Shown here: positions 16,859-27,153 of the stretch, in pieces | Position numbering within the stretch: position 1 is the first letter of the stretch | How the letters are laid out: each line of letters starts with the position of its first letter | Source: a virus | Taxonomy: Duplodnaviria; Caudoviricetes | Reading direction: 5' to 3' (one strand) | Length of the DNA: 63,334 nucleotides | IMG/VR virus record: IMGVR_UViG_3300020393_000006 | Span: 1-63,334 of that record | Position numbers and translations under genes: made by a program | The notes under the pieces: generated by a model | Told to the model about the DNA's origin: nothing | What the model saw: only the letters and a program-made list of their open reading frames with translations | Databases searched by the model: none

Positions 16859-18576
16859 TGTGTGATCAAGAGTTTGAACTTACACATGTTGTAGATCGTG
16901 AACCTTGTCCTCAGTGTAGAGAAGAAGGTAAAGATAGTACAGGAGATAATCTAGCAAGATACAACGACGGACATGGTCACTGCTTTGCTTGTGGGTATCA
17001 CGAAAAAGGCGATGGCACTGCTAAGAAAAGTAAACCAGTAGAAATCGAAGGTAGTTGGTCTCCATACAATGGAGCTTTTGCAGATCTATCTGACAGGCAA
17101 ATTAATGCTAAGACTTGTCGTTTGTATGGATACAAAAGCGCAAAAGCAGGTAATCAAGAGTTTCAATTTTGGAACTGCTTTGACACCGATGGAAAACTAG
17201 TAGCACAAAAGCTCCGAAAGGTAGGAGCAAAGGAATTTAAGTGGCACGGAAACGGACGGAACCCTACTTTATTTGGTCAGAACCTCTTCAAGAAGGGTGG
17301 CCGACGATTAATAATTACAGAAGGCGAGATCGATTGCATGACGATCAGCCAACTGATGGAAAACAAGTGGCCAGTAGTAAGCATCCCAAATGGGTCTGCC
17401 TCCGCCCCGAGAGACATCAAGACAAACTTGGACTTCGTGGCAAGCTACGATGAAGTCGTACTGTGCTTTGATAACGATGAACCGGGTCGAGAAGCAGCAA
17501 AGGCTGTAGCAGAAATCTTACCTCCGGGTAAGTGCAAAATTGCTAGAACTATGCTTAAGGATGCAAATGAGCATTTGTTGTCAGGAGAAACACAATCTCT
17601 TATTAACGCTTTGTGGGAGGCTCAGCTTTACTCTCCGGATGAGATTTTGCATGTGTCAAATATTATGGCACAAGAAGACTTGTCAGAGCAGGAAGTTTGG
17701 GCTTTTCCTTGGAATCAAATGACTGATTACTTGATTGGTCAACGATCTGGAGAGATTACTTTATGGACTTCTGGTACAGGCTCAGGCAAATCTACTATTG
17801 TTCGAGAGCTTATGTATCACCACTTGCAAGAAGGCAGATCTGTCGGTGCTATTATGTTAGAAGAAACACCAACTGAAACTATTGATGATCTGATTTCTAT
17901 TCGAATTGGCAAACCTGTACGTGCATTACGAGCAGGTAGAATGATGAATGACTTGCGGGGCCGTATGGGTCTTGATCCTGTTTCAATTAATTTATCAGAA
18001 GATTACACAGATGATGAATACTATGATGCAAAAAAGTGGTTAGCTGATACAGGGTTTTATGTATACGATCATGAAGGTCATAATGCTATGGCTAACTTGC
18101 TTGCTCGCATGGAATACATGGCAACGTCGCTTGGAGTAAAAGTTATTATTTTAGATCATATTACTGCTGCTGCAACAGCAATGCTAGAATCAGATGATAA
18201 CAATAGCGAGCGCTTACTTATTGATACAATCATGAAACATCTTCGATCTCTATGTGTTAGAACAGGAGTTCATATTGATGTTATTTCACAGCTAAAGAAA
18301 TCGGAGAAAGCATATGAAGAGGGCAGTAGAATTACTCTTCAAGACCTTAGGGGTTCAGGTTCTTTGGCTTCTGTTCCTAATACCGTTGTTGGTCTTGAGC
18401 GCAACAGGCAAGCTAACGACGAAGAAGAAGCCAACACAACTATAGTTCGTGTTCTTAAGAATCGTTTGACAGGCAGAGCTGGTATATGTACTGGTTTGTA
18501 TTATGACGCATCAACAGCATCTTTGTCTGAAGTAGATCCAACATTCCAATCTAATGCGGAGTTCTCTAGTGTCTAA
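16858..18576 (+). CDS. DNA primase-helicase (T7 gp4-like)
   Basis: Zn finger CPQC…CFAC, TOPRIM ITEGEID and FDNDEPG, Walker A GTGSGKS, ILDH, LRGSG, KNR. Confidence 0.97.
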   Translation: MCDQEFELTHVVDREPCPQCREEGKDSTGDNLARYNDGHGHCFACGYHEKGDGTAKKSKPVEIEGSWSPYNGAFADLSDRQINAKTCRLYGYKSAKAGNQEFQFWNCFDTDGKLVAQKLRKVGAKEFKWHGNGRNPTLFGQNLFKKGGRRLIITEGEIDCMTISQLMENKWPVVSIPNGSASAPRDIKTNLDFVASYDEVVLCFDNDEPGREAAKAVAEILPPGKCKIARTMLKDANEHLLSGETQSLINALWEAQLYSPDEILHVSNIMAQEDLSEQEVWAFPWNQMTDYLIGQRSGEITLWTSGTGSGKSTIVRELMYHHLQEGRSVGAIMLEETPTETIDDLISIRIGKPVRALRAGRMMNDLRGRMGLDPVSINLSEDYTDDEYYDAKKWLADTGFYVYDHEGHNAMANLLARMEYMATSLGVKVIILDHITAAATAMLESDDNNSERLLIDTIMKHLRSLCVRTGVHIDVISQLKKSEKAYEEGSRITLQDLRGSGSLASVPNTVVGLERNRQANDEEEANTTIVRVLKNRLTGRAGICTGLYYDASTASLSEVDPTFQSNAEFSSV

Positions 18577-18724
18577 AACTAAACTAACTGAAAGCGAAGC
18601 CTTAGGCTTAATTGAAATTTTACAATTAGTAGTAAGCCATCCAAACAGAATTGATTATGTTGATGCTGATCTGATGGCTGCTATTACTTGGATCAATAAA
18701 CAACTAATTGAACGGAGAATCTAA
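18569..18724 (+). CDS. 51-aa hypothetical protein
   Basis: GTG start with GGAG RBS; TAATG coupling to the DNA polymerase. Confidence 0.55.
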   Translation: MSKTKLTESEALGLIEILQLVVSHPNRIDYVDADLMAAITWINKQLIERRI

Positions 18725-20529
18725 TGGCTCATTATGTCTGGGATATTGAAGGCAATGGTCTTCATGAAATTACTTTAGATCAGAAAGGACAACCTACAAT
18801 TGAATGCGATACTGTGCATTGTTTGGTTGCAGTCGATGCCCAGACTGGAGACATGAAAACTTTCCGTCCCCATCAAATTAGAGAAGGATGGGACTTACTA
18901 TGCAAAGCAGATTCTATTATTGGTCACAATATTTTAGGATATGATATTCCAGTTATGGAACGAATTACTGGCAAACGTTTGCCTGATACTGTAAAAGTAA
19001 TCGATACTTTGCTTATGGCAATGCTTTTATGGCCTGATAGAAGTAGTTGTCCTGCAAATGGTTACAGCCTAAAGAATATTGCATTGTATTATGGTGGTAA
19101 TCAAAAGTCAGATTATGACGGAGGATGGGAAGAGTTTAATGAAGACATGCTTAAGTATTGTCAGCAAGATGTAAGAACAAATCTTAACATCTTTCAAAGG
19201 CTTTCTTCTGACTGTAAAGGACGAGTGCCTGCTAATGTTTTTCAACTTGAGCATGATTTTTCTAGAATTATTTGCGACCAAACAGCACATGGTTGGTACT
19301 ATGATCTGAATGGTGGTGAAAAATTACTAATGGATATCCTTCTCAGAAAACGAGGAATCGAAGATCAACTTCGAAAAATTTTTCCTGATATTAAAGAAGA
19401 ACTAAAAACACCGCAGTATTGGATTGATCCTCAATCAGGCAACCAATACACAACTAAAAGCGATGTTAAAGGCAAAGGATCAGGTGCTATCAAAGCTAGG
19501 CTTGTAAAGGGGCCTAATAAATACAAACTTATTCCATTCAATCCCGGCAGCTCTTTACAAATCGCAAAGCGACTTAAAGATAAGTATGGCTGGCAAGCTA
19601 AAGTAAATGAAGAAACAGGCAAGCCTATCTGTGGAAGCGAAGAGCTTGAACAACTTGAGTTCCCAGAAGCCAAGCTACTGCTAGAATATAGGGATGTGGA
19701 TAAGCTCCGTGGTCAGGTCGAAGATTGGAATGCTCGAGCTGGATACAGCCGAGATGGTCGAATACATGGTACTCTAAAAACACTTGGTACAGTTACTGGC
19801 AGAACAGCTGCAACACAACCAAATATTCAGCAGGTTTCTGGAGAAAAATCTGCTAGAGAACTATGGCAACCTACGCCTAACTTGGTTCAAGTAGGCGCTG
19901 ACCTTTCTGGTCTTGAGCTTAGATGTTTAGCGCATTACATGGCTCCTTATGATAACGGAGACTATGCTGACTTGATTTTGAATGGTGATATTCATACTGC
20001 AAATCAAAAAGCTGCTGGACTTGAAACAAGAAACCAAGCTAAAACATTTATTTATGCTTTGATTTATGGTGCTGGTAATGCTAAAATTGGCAGCACTGTA
20101 GGAGGATCAGCACATAAGGGTGGAAAACTTAAGAGCACATTCTTTGAGAATCTTCCTGCTCTTAAAACTGTTATTGATCAAGCTGTCGATTGTGCAGCTA
20201 ATCATGGAGAAATTAAAATGCTAGATGGAAGAATATGCCCTGTTCGATCTAGCCATAAAGCCTTAAATGTTTTGCTTCAGGGAGCTGGTGCAATTATTTC
20301 CAAAACATGGTGTGTAATTGCAAACCAAAAAGTAAAAGAAGAAGGACTACGAGCACATCAGATTGGATTTATTCATGATGAAATGCAATGGGAGTGTAAT
20401 CCCTTTGATGCTTCTAGGTTATGTGAAATTTTAACTGCATCTTCTTTACTTGCTGGCGAAAAACTAAACTTTCGAATGCCTGTAGATTCTGAAGCAACTA
20501 TTGGAACAAGCTGGGCGGAGTGCCACTAA
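18724..20529 (+). CDS. Family A DNA polymerase with 3'-5' exonuclease (T7 gp5-like)
   Basis: WDIEGN, GHNILGYD, YCQQD; DLSGLELR; RNQAKTFIYALIYGAG; IHDE; WAECH. Confidence 0.97.
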   Translation: MAHYVWDIEGNGLHEITLDQKGQPTIECDTVHCLVAVDAQTGDMKTFRPHQIREGWDLLCKADSIIGHNILGYDIPVMERITGKRLPDTVKVIDTLLMAMLLWPDRSSCPANGYSLKNIALYYGGNQKSDYDGGWEEFNEDMLKYCQQDVRTNLNIFQRLSSDCKGRVPANVFQLEHDFSRIICDQTAHGWYYDLNGGEKLLMDILLRKRGIEDQLRKIFPDIKEELKTPQYWIDPQSGNQYTTKSDVKGKGSGAIKARLVKGPNKYKLIPFNPGSSLQIAKRLKDKYGWQAKVNEETGKPICGSEELEQLEFPEAKLLLEYRDVDKLRGQVEDWNARAGYSRDGRIHGTLKTLGTVTGRTAATQPNIQQVSGEKSARELWQPTPNLVQVGADLSGLELRCLAHYMAPYDNGDYADLILNGDIHTANQKAAGLETRNQAKTFIYALIYGAGNAKIGSTVGGSAHKGGKLKSTFFENLPALKTVIDQAVDCAANHGEIKMLDGRICPVRSSHKALNVLLQGAGAIISKTWCVIANQKVKEEGLRAHQIGFIHDEMQWECNPFDASRLCEILTASSLLAGEKLNFRMPVDSEATIGTSWAECH

Positions 20530-20867
20530 TGACTACAATTTATATCGCTGGTCCCATGACTGGTTATGAACTTAATAATTTTCCACGATTTAATGAAAAA
20601 GCAGAACAATTACGAAAACTTGGTTGGATTGTGCTTAATCCTGCTGAATTAGATATTGAAGCTGGTTTTGATCCTTCGGAAGAGTTTACTCCTTTAGATT
20701 ATATGAGAGCTGCTCGAAGAGACTTACATGCTATTTCAGGATCAAATGCTATTTATTTATTAGATGGCTGGGAAAATAGTATTGGAGCTCGATGGGAGTG
20801 GGCTTATGCTAAAAATATGTCTCTCAATATTTATTATGAAACTCCTTTACCTCCGGAGACAACATGA
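20529..20867 (+). CDS. DUF4406 / nucleoside deoxyribosyltransferase-like protein
   Basis: IYIAGPMTG…LNPA…GWENSIGARWE. Confidence 0.75.
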   Translation: MTTIYIAGPMTGYELNNFPRFNEKAEQLRKLGWIVLNPAELDIEAGFDPSEEFTPLDYMRAARRDLHAISGSNAIYLLDGWENSIGARWEWAYAKNMSLNIYYETPLPPETT

Positions 20868-21670
20868 AAGTTATTGGATTTACTGGACAAGCAAAAAGCG
20901 GAAAGAGTTTTTTAAGCAAAGAATTAGCTCGTATTGCTTTTGAATCGGGATTTATTCCTAATTTAGTTTCTTTTGCTGGCGCTTTAAAAAGAAATGCTAT
21001 TGCTGCAGGTTTTTCTAAAGAAGATAATCCAAGAGAATACAGAAAATACTGCCAAACAGAAGGCGCTGCTCGAAGAGCAGAAGATCCAGACTATTGGATT
21101 AAACTTACTGTAAAAGAAATAAATAATATTTTACAGAAAGAATATGAATGTTTAGATCGCGGAGATAAATACTGGGAACATGTAGTTATTATTGACGATG
21201 TTCGATACCAGAATGAGATTGATACAGTACTTCGTATGGGCGGTAGCATGATTCACGTATGCGCTGGAAAGAGATTGCCTACTCCTTATGCAAACTTTAG
21301 AAAGCATGAATCGGAAAAACTTGCTAAAGCTTTGGATAGGACTAAAGGGCAAGGCAAACGTTTTGAAAAGTTTTACAAAACAAAAATGCCTTGGGGAGAA
21401 CCATGCGAAACAGAAGTAGTTTGGTTTGATAATTCTGGTCCAGACGAAAATGGAAAAGTAATGATTGAAGCAGTAGCTCCTTTAGTTTTAGGTACTCATT
21501 TATTTACAGAAAACGATCGAGAGGAAGTAGGAATACAACAACTTAGCGAAGAAGATCGTGCTGCGTTGTTAGAAGAGATTCAAAAAACATTAGACCTTTT
21601 ATTTGATTGGGTTGAAGATCAAGAAGACTTTGAGGATTTAGAAGATGATGCCGACACAAGCAGTGATTGA
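20864..21670 (+). CDS. Deoxynucleoside monophosphate kinase
   Basis: P-loop GQAKSGKS, SFAGALK, IDDVRYQNE, HESE. Confidence 0.8.
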   Translation: MKVIGFTGQAKSGKSFLSKELARIAFESGFIPNLVSFAGALKRNAIAAGFSKEDNPREYRKYCQTEGAARRAEDPDYWIKLTVKEINNILQKEYECLDRGDKYWEHVVIIDDVRYQNEIDTVLRMGGSMIHVCAGKRLPTPYANFRKHESEKLAKALDRTKGQGKRFEKFYKTKMPWGEPCETEVVWFDNSGPDENGKVMIEAVAPLVLGTHLFTENDREEVGIQQLSEEDRAALLEEIQKTLDLLFDWVEDQEDFEDLEDDADTSSD

Positions 21671-22400
21671 TGGTGATTGGATAGCTTATACTGCTGCTTG
21701 CTATGCAGAAAATGAAGGATTCAATTGGTTAGAGGAACGGATTAATTATGACCTTAACGATTTGGGAAGCAATTTTGACCGTGTCGCTATTGCGTTTAGC
21801 TGTTCTCGCGCTGACAATTTTCGTCGTGATTATTGGAACTTGTATAAAGCTAATCGTGACAAAAGAGAAAAACCGCAATTCTTAAAAGATGCAATGGATA
21901 TGCTTCATGATAAAGCAGAAATGGTTGTGGAACGACCAAGACTTGAAGCTGATGATTTAATGTCTATGTTATTATGTCAAGGCTGGTGTTGTATTGCTAT
22001 TGATAAAGACATGCGAACTGTTCCGGGTTGGCATTGGAATCCCCGAAAAGAAGATAATCCAGTAGAAGTTAATGAAGAAGATGCTGCAGCTTTTGAAAGA
22101 ATTCAAATGGTAACTGGAGACAGTACTGATAATATCTTTGGAATTCTAGGACGAGGCGAAGCATGGGCTAAGAAACAGTTAAACTGGCATTGGCCTTCTA
22201 TTTTGCAAGAGAACCGAGATGCTTTTAATAATCCCAGCAAACGATATGTTGAAAAACGAGATCGAATTATTAATGAAGCTGGAATTAATGACGCAGATGA
22301 ATATTTTGAGGCACAATATAAGTGTCTTCACCTTCTTAGGCCTGAGGAATATGATAAAGAAACTGGCGCAATAACGCATACCTTTCCTTGGAATGTGTAA
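21645..22400 (+). CDS. 5'-3' exonuclease (T7 gp6-like)
   Basis: IDGD, YKANR, LEADD, DKD, GDSTDNIFG. Confidence 0.92.
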   Translation: MMPTQAVIDGDWIAYTAACYAENEGFNWLEERINYDLNDLGSNFDRVAIAFSCSRADNFRRDYWNLYKANRDKREKPQFLKDAMDMLHDKAEMVVERPRLEADDLMSMLLCQGWCCIAIDKDMRTVPGWHWNPRKEDNPVEVNEEDAAAFERIQMVTGDSTDNIFGILGRGEAWAKKQLNWHWPSILQENRDAFNNPSKRYVEKRDRIINEAGINDADEYFEAQYKCLHLLRPEEYDKETGAITHTFPWNV

Positions 22401-22413
22401 TATTACGCCATGT

Positions 22414-22435
22414 TAAGTTTGGTACACCCATAGGA
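22414..22435 (+). promoter_or_regulatory. Putative T7-type phage promoter, copy 3, upstream of the lysis/late block
   Basis: TAAGTTTGGTACACCCATAGGA in an intergenic gap; followed by hairpin CCCTCTG…CAGAGGG. Confidence 0.65.
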
Positions 22436-22569
22436 CAGCAACATACCAAAGTACCCTATGTACATACAAAAGTTGTCCATTTAATTAATCATCTCCTTGG
22501 CCCTCTGGAGGCCCTCTTGTTTATCTTGAGGGTCTCAGAGGGACTTAGGGAGACATCAAGGAGAAATAA

Positions 22570-22959
22570 ATGACTGAAGAAACTATTCCAGAAGTTAAGG
22601 ACAATGTTCCTGAAATTAAAGAACAAGGACAAAAAGAAACCTTTAAGGCAAAGTCTGTAAACTTTGTTCCTTCTCATCTTACTGAAATTGTTCGTAATCT
22701 TGGACATGCAGTTGAACACTTAGTAAAAGCACAAGAACATGCCTTACCCGGAGATCAAGCAGTATTTGTTGCATTGGCTGTACAAATTGATGCAGTAGCA
22801 GAGCTGTTTATTTCTTCGGCTGAAGCAGCAGTTAAGTCTGCTGAAGAGAAGTGTCCAGCAGATAAAGAAAAATCAGAATGCTGTGGAAATCCTAATGAAT
22901 GCACAGAAGAACCAGAAGCATATAAGATTCAAGAAGAAGAGGATGATGTTGAATGCTAA
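22570..22959 (+). CDS. Hypothetical protein
   Basis: AAGGAG RBS. Confidence 0.75.
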   Translation: MTEETIPEVKDNVPEIKEQGQKETFKAKSVNFVPSHLTEIVRNLGHAVEHLVKAQEHALPGDQAVFVALAVQIDAVAELFISSAEAAVKSAEEKCPADKEKSECCGNPNECTEEPEAYKIQEEEDDVEC

Positions 22960-23387
22960 CTGCTGAACTTCTTACAACCCTCGGCGGATCTGTTGCAGGG
23001 TTTGTAATGAAGCTCTTAGCAATTCGCTCACAACAACAAAACGACATTATGATGCGAGCTCTTGAACGAGATAAGCATCGTGAAGAAGCAGCAAATTCTG
23101 CAGCACAACGTGTAAATGTAAGTGCTGGAAAGTTTGTTCGTCGTTCAATTGTTTTAGCTATTCTTTTTGCTGTGGTGTTTATTCCTCTGTTAGCCCCTAT
23201 GTGGGGCTTACCAGTTGTAGTAGAAGGCGATGTGCCTGGACGTTCTGTTTTGTGGGGTTTAATTACTGAAGCTCCAACAAAAATGTTTACAGAAATTAAC
23301 GGCGTCTTACTAATTCCAGAATTACGTCAAGTATTACTGGCTATTGTAGGATTTTACTTCGGTACTGCTAGCGCTAAAGCTCGATGA
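22953..23387 (+). CDS. Putative holin (3-TM type)
   Basis: Hydrophobic segments; C-terminal IVGFYFG. Confidence 0.6.
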   Translation: MLTAELLTTLGGSVAGFVMKLLAIRSQQQNDIMMRALERDKHREEAANSAAQRVNVSAGKFVRRSIVLAILFAVVFIPLLAPMWGLPVVVEGDVPGRSVLWGLITEAPTKMFTEINGVLLIPELRQVLLAIVGFYFGTASAKAR

Positions 23388-23572
23388 AATATTTACTATG
23401 CTTGCTGTTATTTGGATGTAGCAGTATTCCTATTGCTTCGGTAGAGCAAGAACCTACCGCAATCACAACTACATTTAACCAACCCCAAAATATTGATAAG
23501 CCAAAGGTAGATCCTGTGTGGTATTTACTAGCAGGCTTAGCACTGCTCTGGCTTTTGCTTGAGGATAATTAA
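23384..23572 (+). CDS. Small lipoprotein with C-terminal TM segment (possible unimolecular spanin)
   Basis: Lipobox LLLFGC and C-terminal hydrophobic helix; adjacent to the holin. Confidence 0.5.
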   Translation: MKYLLCLLLFGCSSIPIASVEQEPTAITTTFNQPQNIDKPKVDPVWYLLAGLALLWLLLEDN

Positions 23573-23712
23573 TGCTTATTACTTTTTTACGAACGATTGA
23601 ACGATCGTTGTTAGCTTCTATTGACTTTTTAATTTCTATTGTTGCAGGAATTACAGGTGGGATCACTCGTGGTCTTCGTAGTTTCCAAGACTGGATTCGT
23701 AAAGCAATCTAA
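23572..23712 (+). CDS. 46-aa hypothetical protein
   Basis: GAGG RBS; TAATG coupling. Confidence 0.5.
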   Translation: MLITFLRTIERSLLASIDFLISIVAGITGGITRGLRSFQDWIRKAI

Positions 23713-23721
23713 GGAGTTATT

Positions 23722-24153
23722 ATGGATACTTTAAAGTTCTTTTGTATTACGCCTGACCTTCGCCCTAAAATTGCTACATCTGGTTCTGCTGGTTTAGATT
23801 TACGAGCAGACAAATGGACTACAATTGAAAAGGGACAACAAGTAAAGGTAGCTACTGGTGTTATTGCTGAGATTCCTGACGGTTACGTTGGGCTTCTTAT
23901 TCCGCGATCATCGCTTGGAGCAAAAGGACTTAAGCTCGTTAATACTATTGGCGTCATTGATTCTGATTACCGTGGAGAAATCATGGCTATCGTTGAGAAT
24001 ACATCTGACGTCCCCTTTGACATTGATCGAGGCGAAAGGTTTGTACAACTTGTTGTTGTGCCTTGCCCTCATATGAAAGTCGAAGAAGTCGAACTTAATG
24101 ATTTATCTGATACAGAAAGGGGAGATGGTGGATTTGGATCTACCGGCAAATAA
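23722..24153 (+). CDS. dut: dUTP diphosphatase
   Basis: AGLDL, PRSS, GVIDSDYRGE, RGDGGFGSTG. Confidence 0.97.
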   Translation: MDTLKFFCITPDLRPKIATSGSAGLDLRADKWTTIEKGQQVKVATGVIAEIPDGYVGLLIPRSSLGAKGLKLVNTIGVIDSDYRGEIMAIVENTSDVPFDIDRGERFVQLVVVPCPHMKVEEVELNDLSDTERGDGGFGSTGK

Positions 24154-26096
24154 TGCTTCCCACTTTATACCAAGAATTTATTCACCTTTCCCGTTACTCT
24201 CGTTGGCTTGCTGAAGAAAACCGACGAGAAACTTGGGAAGAAACAGTTGCACGATACTTTGATTTCTTTGAAGAACATCTTAAGGAAGAGTGTGACTATA
24301 CTGTACCAGCAGATCTTAGAGAAGAACTCGAGACTGCTGTGTTAAACTTAGAGATCATGCCTTCAATGCGTGCTCTCATGACAGCTGGCCCTGCACTCGC
24401 TAGAGATAACGTGGCTGGCTACAATTGTGCTTTCGTAAGCGTCAACCGCCTCCGTGCTTTTGATGAGATTCTATATGTTCTCATGTGCGGCACTGGAGTA
24501 GGCTTTAGCTGTGAAGATGAAGAAGTTAAACAAATTCAACCTGTTGCCGAAACCTTCCATGATACTGATACGACTATTGTAGTTGCTGACAGTAAGATTG
24601 GATGGGCTAAGGCATACAAAGAATTGATTGCTCTTCTGATTCAAGGACAGATTCCTCAATGGGATACGTCTAAGGTTCGACCAGAAGGCGCACGCCTCAA
24701 GACCTTCGGAGGGCGTGCTTCGGGACCAAGACCACTGGAAGAGCTGTTTAAGTTTACAGTGGCTACGTTCCGTGGAGCGGCTGGTCGTAAGCTCTCATCC
24801 ATTGAGTGCCACGACATCGTATGTAAGATTGCAGAAATTGTGGTCGTAGGCGGAGTTCGACGCTCCGCTCTGATTTCACTGTCTAGCTTGAACGATGACC
24901 GTATGCGTCATGCTAAGGATGGGCAGTGGTGGAACACTTCGCCTCATCGCGCACTTGCTAACAATAGTGCAGTATACGAGGGCGATGTGTCCGTAGGCCA
25001 GTTCATGGAAGAATGGCTGGCTTTATATAACTCCAAATCAGGAGAACGTGGTATCTTTAATCGAGATGCCGCAAAGAAACTGGTTGGTCGTACTGACGTT
25101 CGAGATCCAGAGGTTCATCGAACTAGATCAGTTGACTATGCTTTTGGTACTAATCCCTGTTCTGAAATTATCTTACGAGATTCAGAGTTCTGTAACTTGT
25201 CGGAAATTGTAGTTCGAGCAGATGATACGCCTAAGACTTTAAGAAAGAAAGCACGACTTGCTTCTATTCTAGGTACGTGGCAAAGTACTCTTACCAACTT
25301 CCGTTACCTTGGCTCTTCTTGGAGAAAGAACTGCGAAGAAGAACGATTGCTTGGAGTCTCAATGACTGGCATTATGGACAATGCTTACACTAATGGTAAA
25401 AAAGATGGAATTAGAAGTCTTCTCGAAATGCTTCGAGAGGATGTTATTGAAGCCAATCGAAACCATGCAGCTGACTTAGGCATTGAACAATCAGTTGCTA
25501 CTACTTGCGTGAAGCCATCAGGAACTGTCAGCCAATTGGTTGATGCCGCCTCTGGTATTCATGCACGCCATAACCCGTACTACATACGTACGGTTCGTGG
25601 AGATAACAAAGATCCTTTGTGTGAGTTTATGAAAGCAGCAGGCTTCCCACATGAACCTTGTGTCATGAAGCCAGATAATGTAACCGTATTCTCATTTCCA
25701 ATGAAGGCTCCAGAAGATTCTGTTTACCGAAACGATATGACTGCTCTTGAGCAGCTTGAGCTTTGGCTTACCTATCAGAAATACTGGTGCGAACATAAGC
25801 CCTCTGTAACTATTAGTGTCAAAGAACACGAATGGGTTGAAGTAGGTGCTTGGGTATGGAATCATTTGGACTTGATCAGCGGCATTTCATTCTTGCCTTT
25901 TTCAGATCACTCGTACCAACAAGCTCCATACCAAGATTGTGTCGAAGATGAGTATTACTTACTTGCGGCAACACTTCCAAAAAATGTTGACTGGACTGAA
26001 CTCCAGAAATACGAACAAGAAGATACAACAACTGGTACACAAACTATGGCATGCACTGGCAGCTCTTGTGAACTAGTAGATATTGGTGGAACTTAA
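24153..26096 (+). CDS. nrdJ: Class II (B12-dependent) ribonucleotide reductase
   Basis: RRETWEE, YNCAF, TNPCSEI, CVKPSGT, C-terminal ACTGSSCE; no beta-subunit gene. Confidence 0.9.
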   Translation: MLPTLYQEFIHLSRYSRWLAEENRRETWEETVARYFDFFEEHLKEECDYTVPADLREELETAVLNLEIMPSMRALMTAGPALARDNVAGYNCAFVSVNRLRAFDEILYVLMCGTGVGFSCEDEEVKQIQPVAETFHDTDTTIVVADSKIGWAKAYKELIALLIQGQIPQWDTSKVRPEGARLKTFGGRASGPRPLEELFKFTVATFRGAAGRKLSSIECHDIVCKIAEIVVVGGVRRSALISLSSLNDDRMRHAKDGQWWNTSPHRALANNSAVYEGDVSVGQFMEEWLALYNSKSGERGIFNRDAAKKLVGRTDVRDPEVHRTRSVDYAFGTNPCSEIILRDSEFCNLSEIVVRADDTPKTLRKKARLASILGTWQSTLTNFRYLGSSWRKNCEEERLLGVSMTGIMDNAYTNGKKDGIRSLLEMLREDVIEANRNHAADLGIEQSVATTCVKPSGTVSQLVDAASGIHARHNPYYIRTVRGDNKDPLCEFMKAAGFPHEPCVMKPDNVTVFSFPMKAPEDSVYRNDMTALEQLELWLTYQKYWCEHKPSVTISVKEHEWVEVGAWVWNHLDLISGISFLPFSDHSYQQAPYQDCVEDEYYLLAATLPKNVDWTELQKYEQEDTTTGTQTMACTGSSCELVDIGGT

Positions 26097-26097
26097 T

Positions 26098-27153
26098 ATG
26101 ATTTTAGAGCTTTTGCTTTTAACTAGTGATCCTGCTGGACCTCCAGCTGATCCAAATGTAGTAGATATGTGGATTGATGACCTTGGACGTTTAACCCCCT
26201 TTGGTCGGACGTTTGATGTCTACATCCAAACAGGGTTTGATCCTGATTTTTCTTATCCTAATGGTGAACCCCGACGCCCGTATATGATCGGCAGTACCCG
26301 TGGTAACGAGTCGCCGACGCGCGCTTTTGGCTGGGCCATTGAAGGTGACGTATTCAAGAACCACAATGACAACACTTACCCGTGGCTAGACAACTGTCAA
26401 GAGTGCATTGACTATTGGACAATAGACACTGGGATTGAGTGTCCTGAACCCGGTGCTTACTGGGATTGCATTCAAACTAATCCTTACCAACGAACCAATT
26501 ACCTTGGAGCTAAGTTTACTCCCGTCAATTGGGTGTTCGAGGGGCCAGAGGGATGCTGCCCACGGAAAGCTGATCTGGTTGATCTTGAGTACGCATGGTG
26601 CGACTCATGGCTTTTGCACGGCCCACTCGGTAAAAAGTACGGAAACGTTAACCCACAATACAAGTATCCGCTGGTGCAGCAACAACACAAGGATTTGATT
26701 ACTCCACATTACTCTTTGAATCGAGTGTTGAAGTTTTGGCCTCACCGTGAAGACATTGTTGGTCAACAGTGTTGCTCGTCCCCATCACAGAACGACTACG
26801 GCGATCTGATCCGTTGGAATGCTGACGTTGACTGGGAGAGCGAGAAGTGGCCCGGCTCGTTTCACATCGCACGATTCACCGGCCCCGACTACTTTGCTTC
26901 TGGCGGTGTGGTGCGGTTTGCTTGTGGCAACGGGCATCCATGCGATCCAGTATATTACTCGGTCGGCTACTACCCCGACAACTCCTGCCCTTCCGATTTA
27001 AATGAAGATGGTGTTGTTGGATTTGAAGATCTTCTTCAAGTTTTATCTGACGTTGCTGCAGCTAAGTATCACCCTCAAACTAACAATGGCTTTAATGCTA
27101 TTATTAAAGTTTTATCCGAATATGGACCCTGCGAAAGCGGAGGCATCGGATAA
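26098..27153 (+). CDS. Cys/Trp-rich protein with a C-terminal dockerin-like Ca-binding motif
   Basis: CPSDLNEDGVVGFEDLLQVLS…YGPC. Confidence 0.7.
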   Translation: MILELLLLTSDPAGPPADPNVVDMWIDDLGRLTPFGRTFDVYIQTGFDPDFSYPNGEPRRPYMIGSTRGNESPTRAFGWAIEGDVFKNHNDNTYPWLDNCQECIDYWTIDTGIECPEPGAYWDCIQTNPYQRTNYLGAKFTPVNWVFEGPEGCCPRKADLVDLEYAWCDSWLLHGPLGKKYGNVNPQYKYPLVQQQHKDLITPHYSLNRVLKFWPHREDIVGQQCCSSPSQNDYGDLIRWNADVDWESEKWPGSFHIARFTGPDYFASGGVVRFACGNGHPCDPVYYSVGYYPDNSCPSDLNEDGVVGFEDLLQVLSDVAAAKYHPQTNNGFNAIIKVLSEYGPCESGGIG

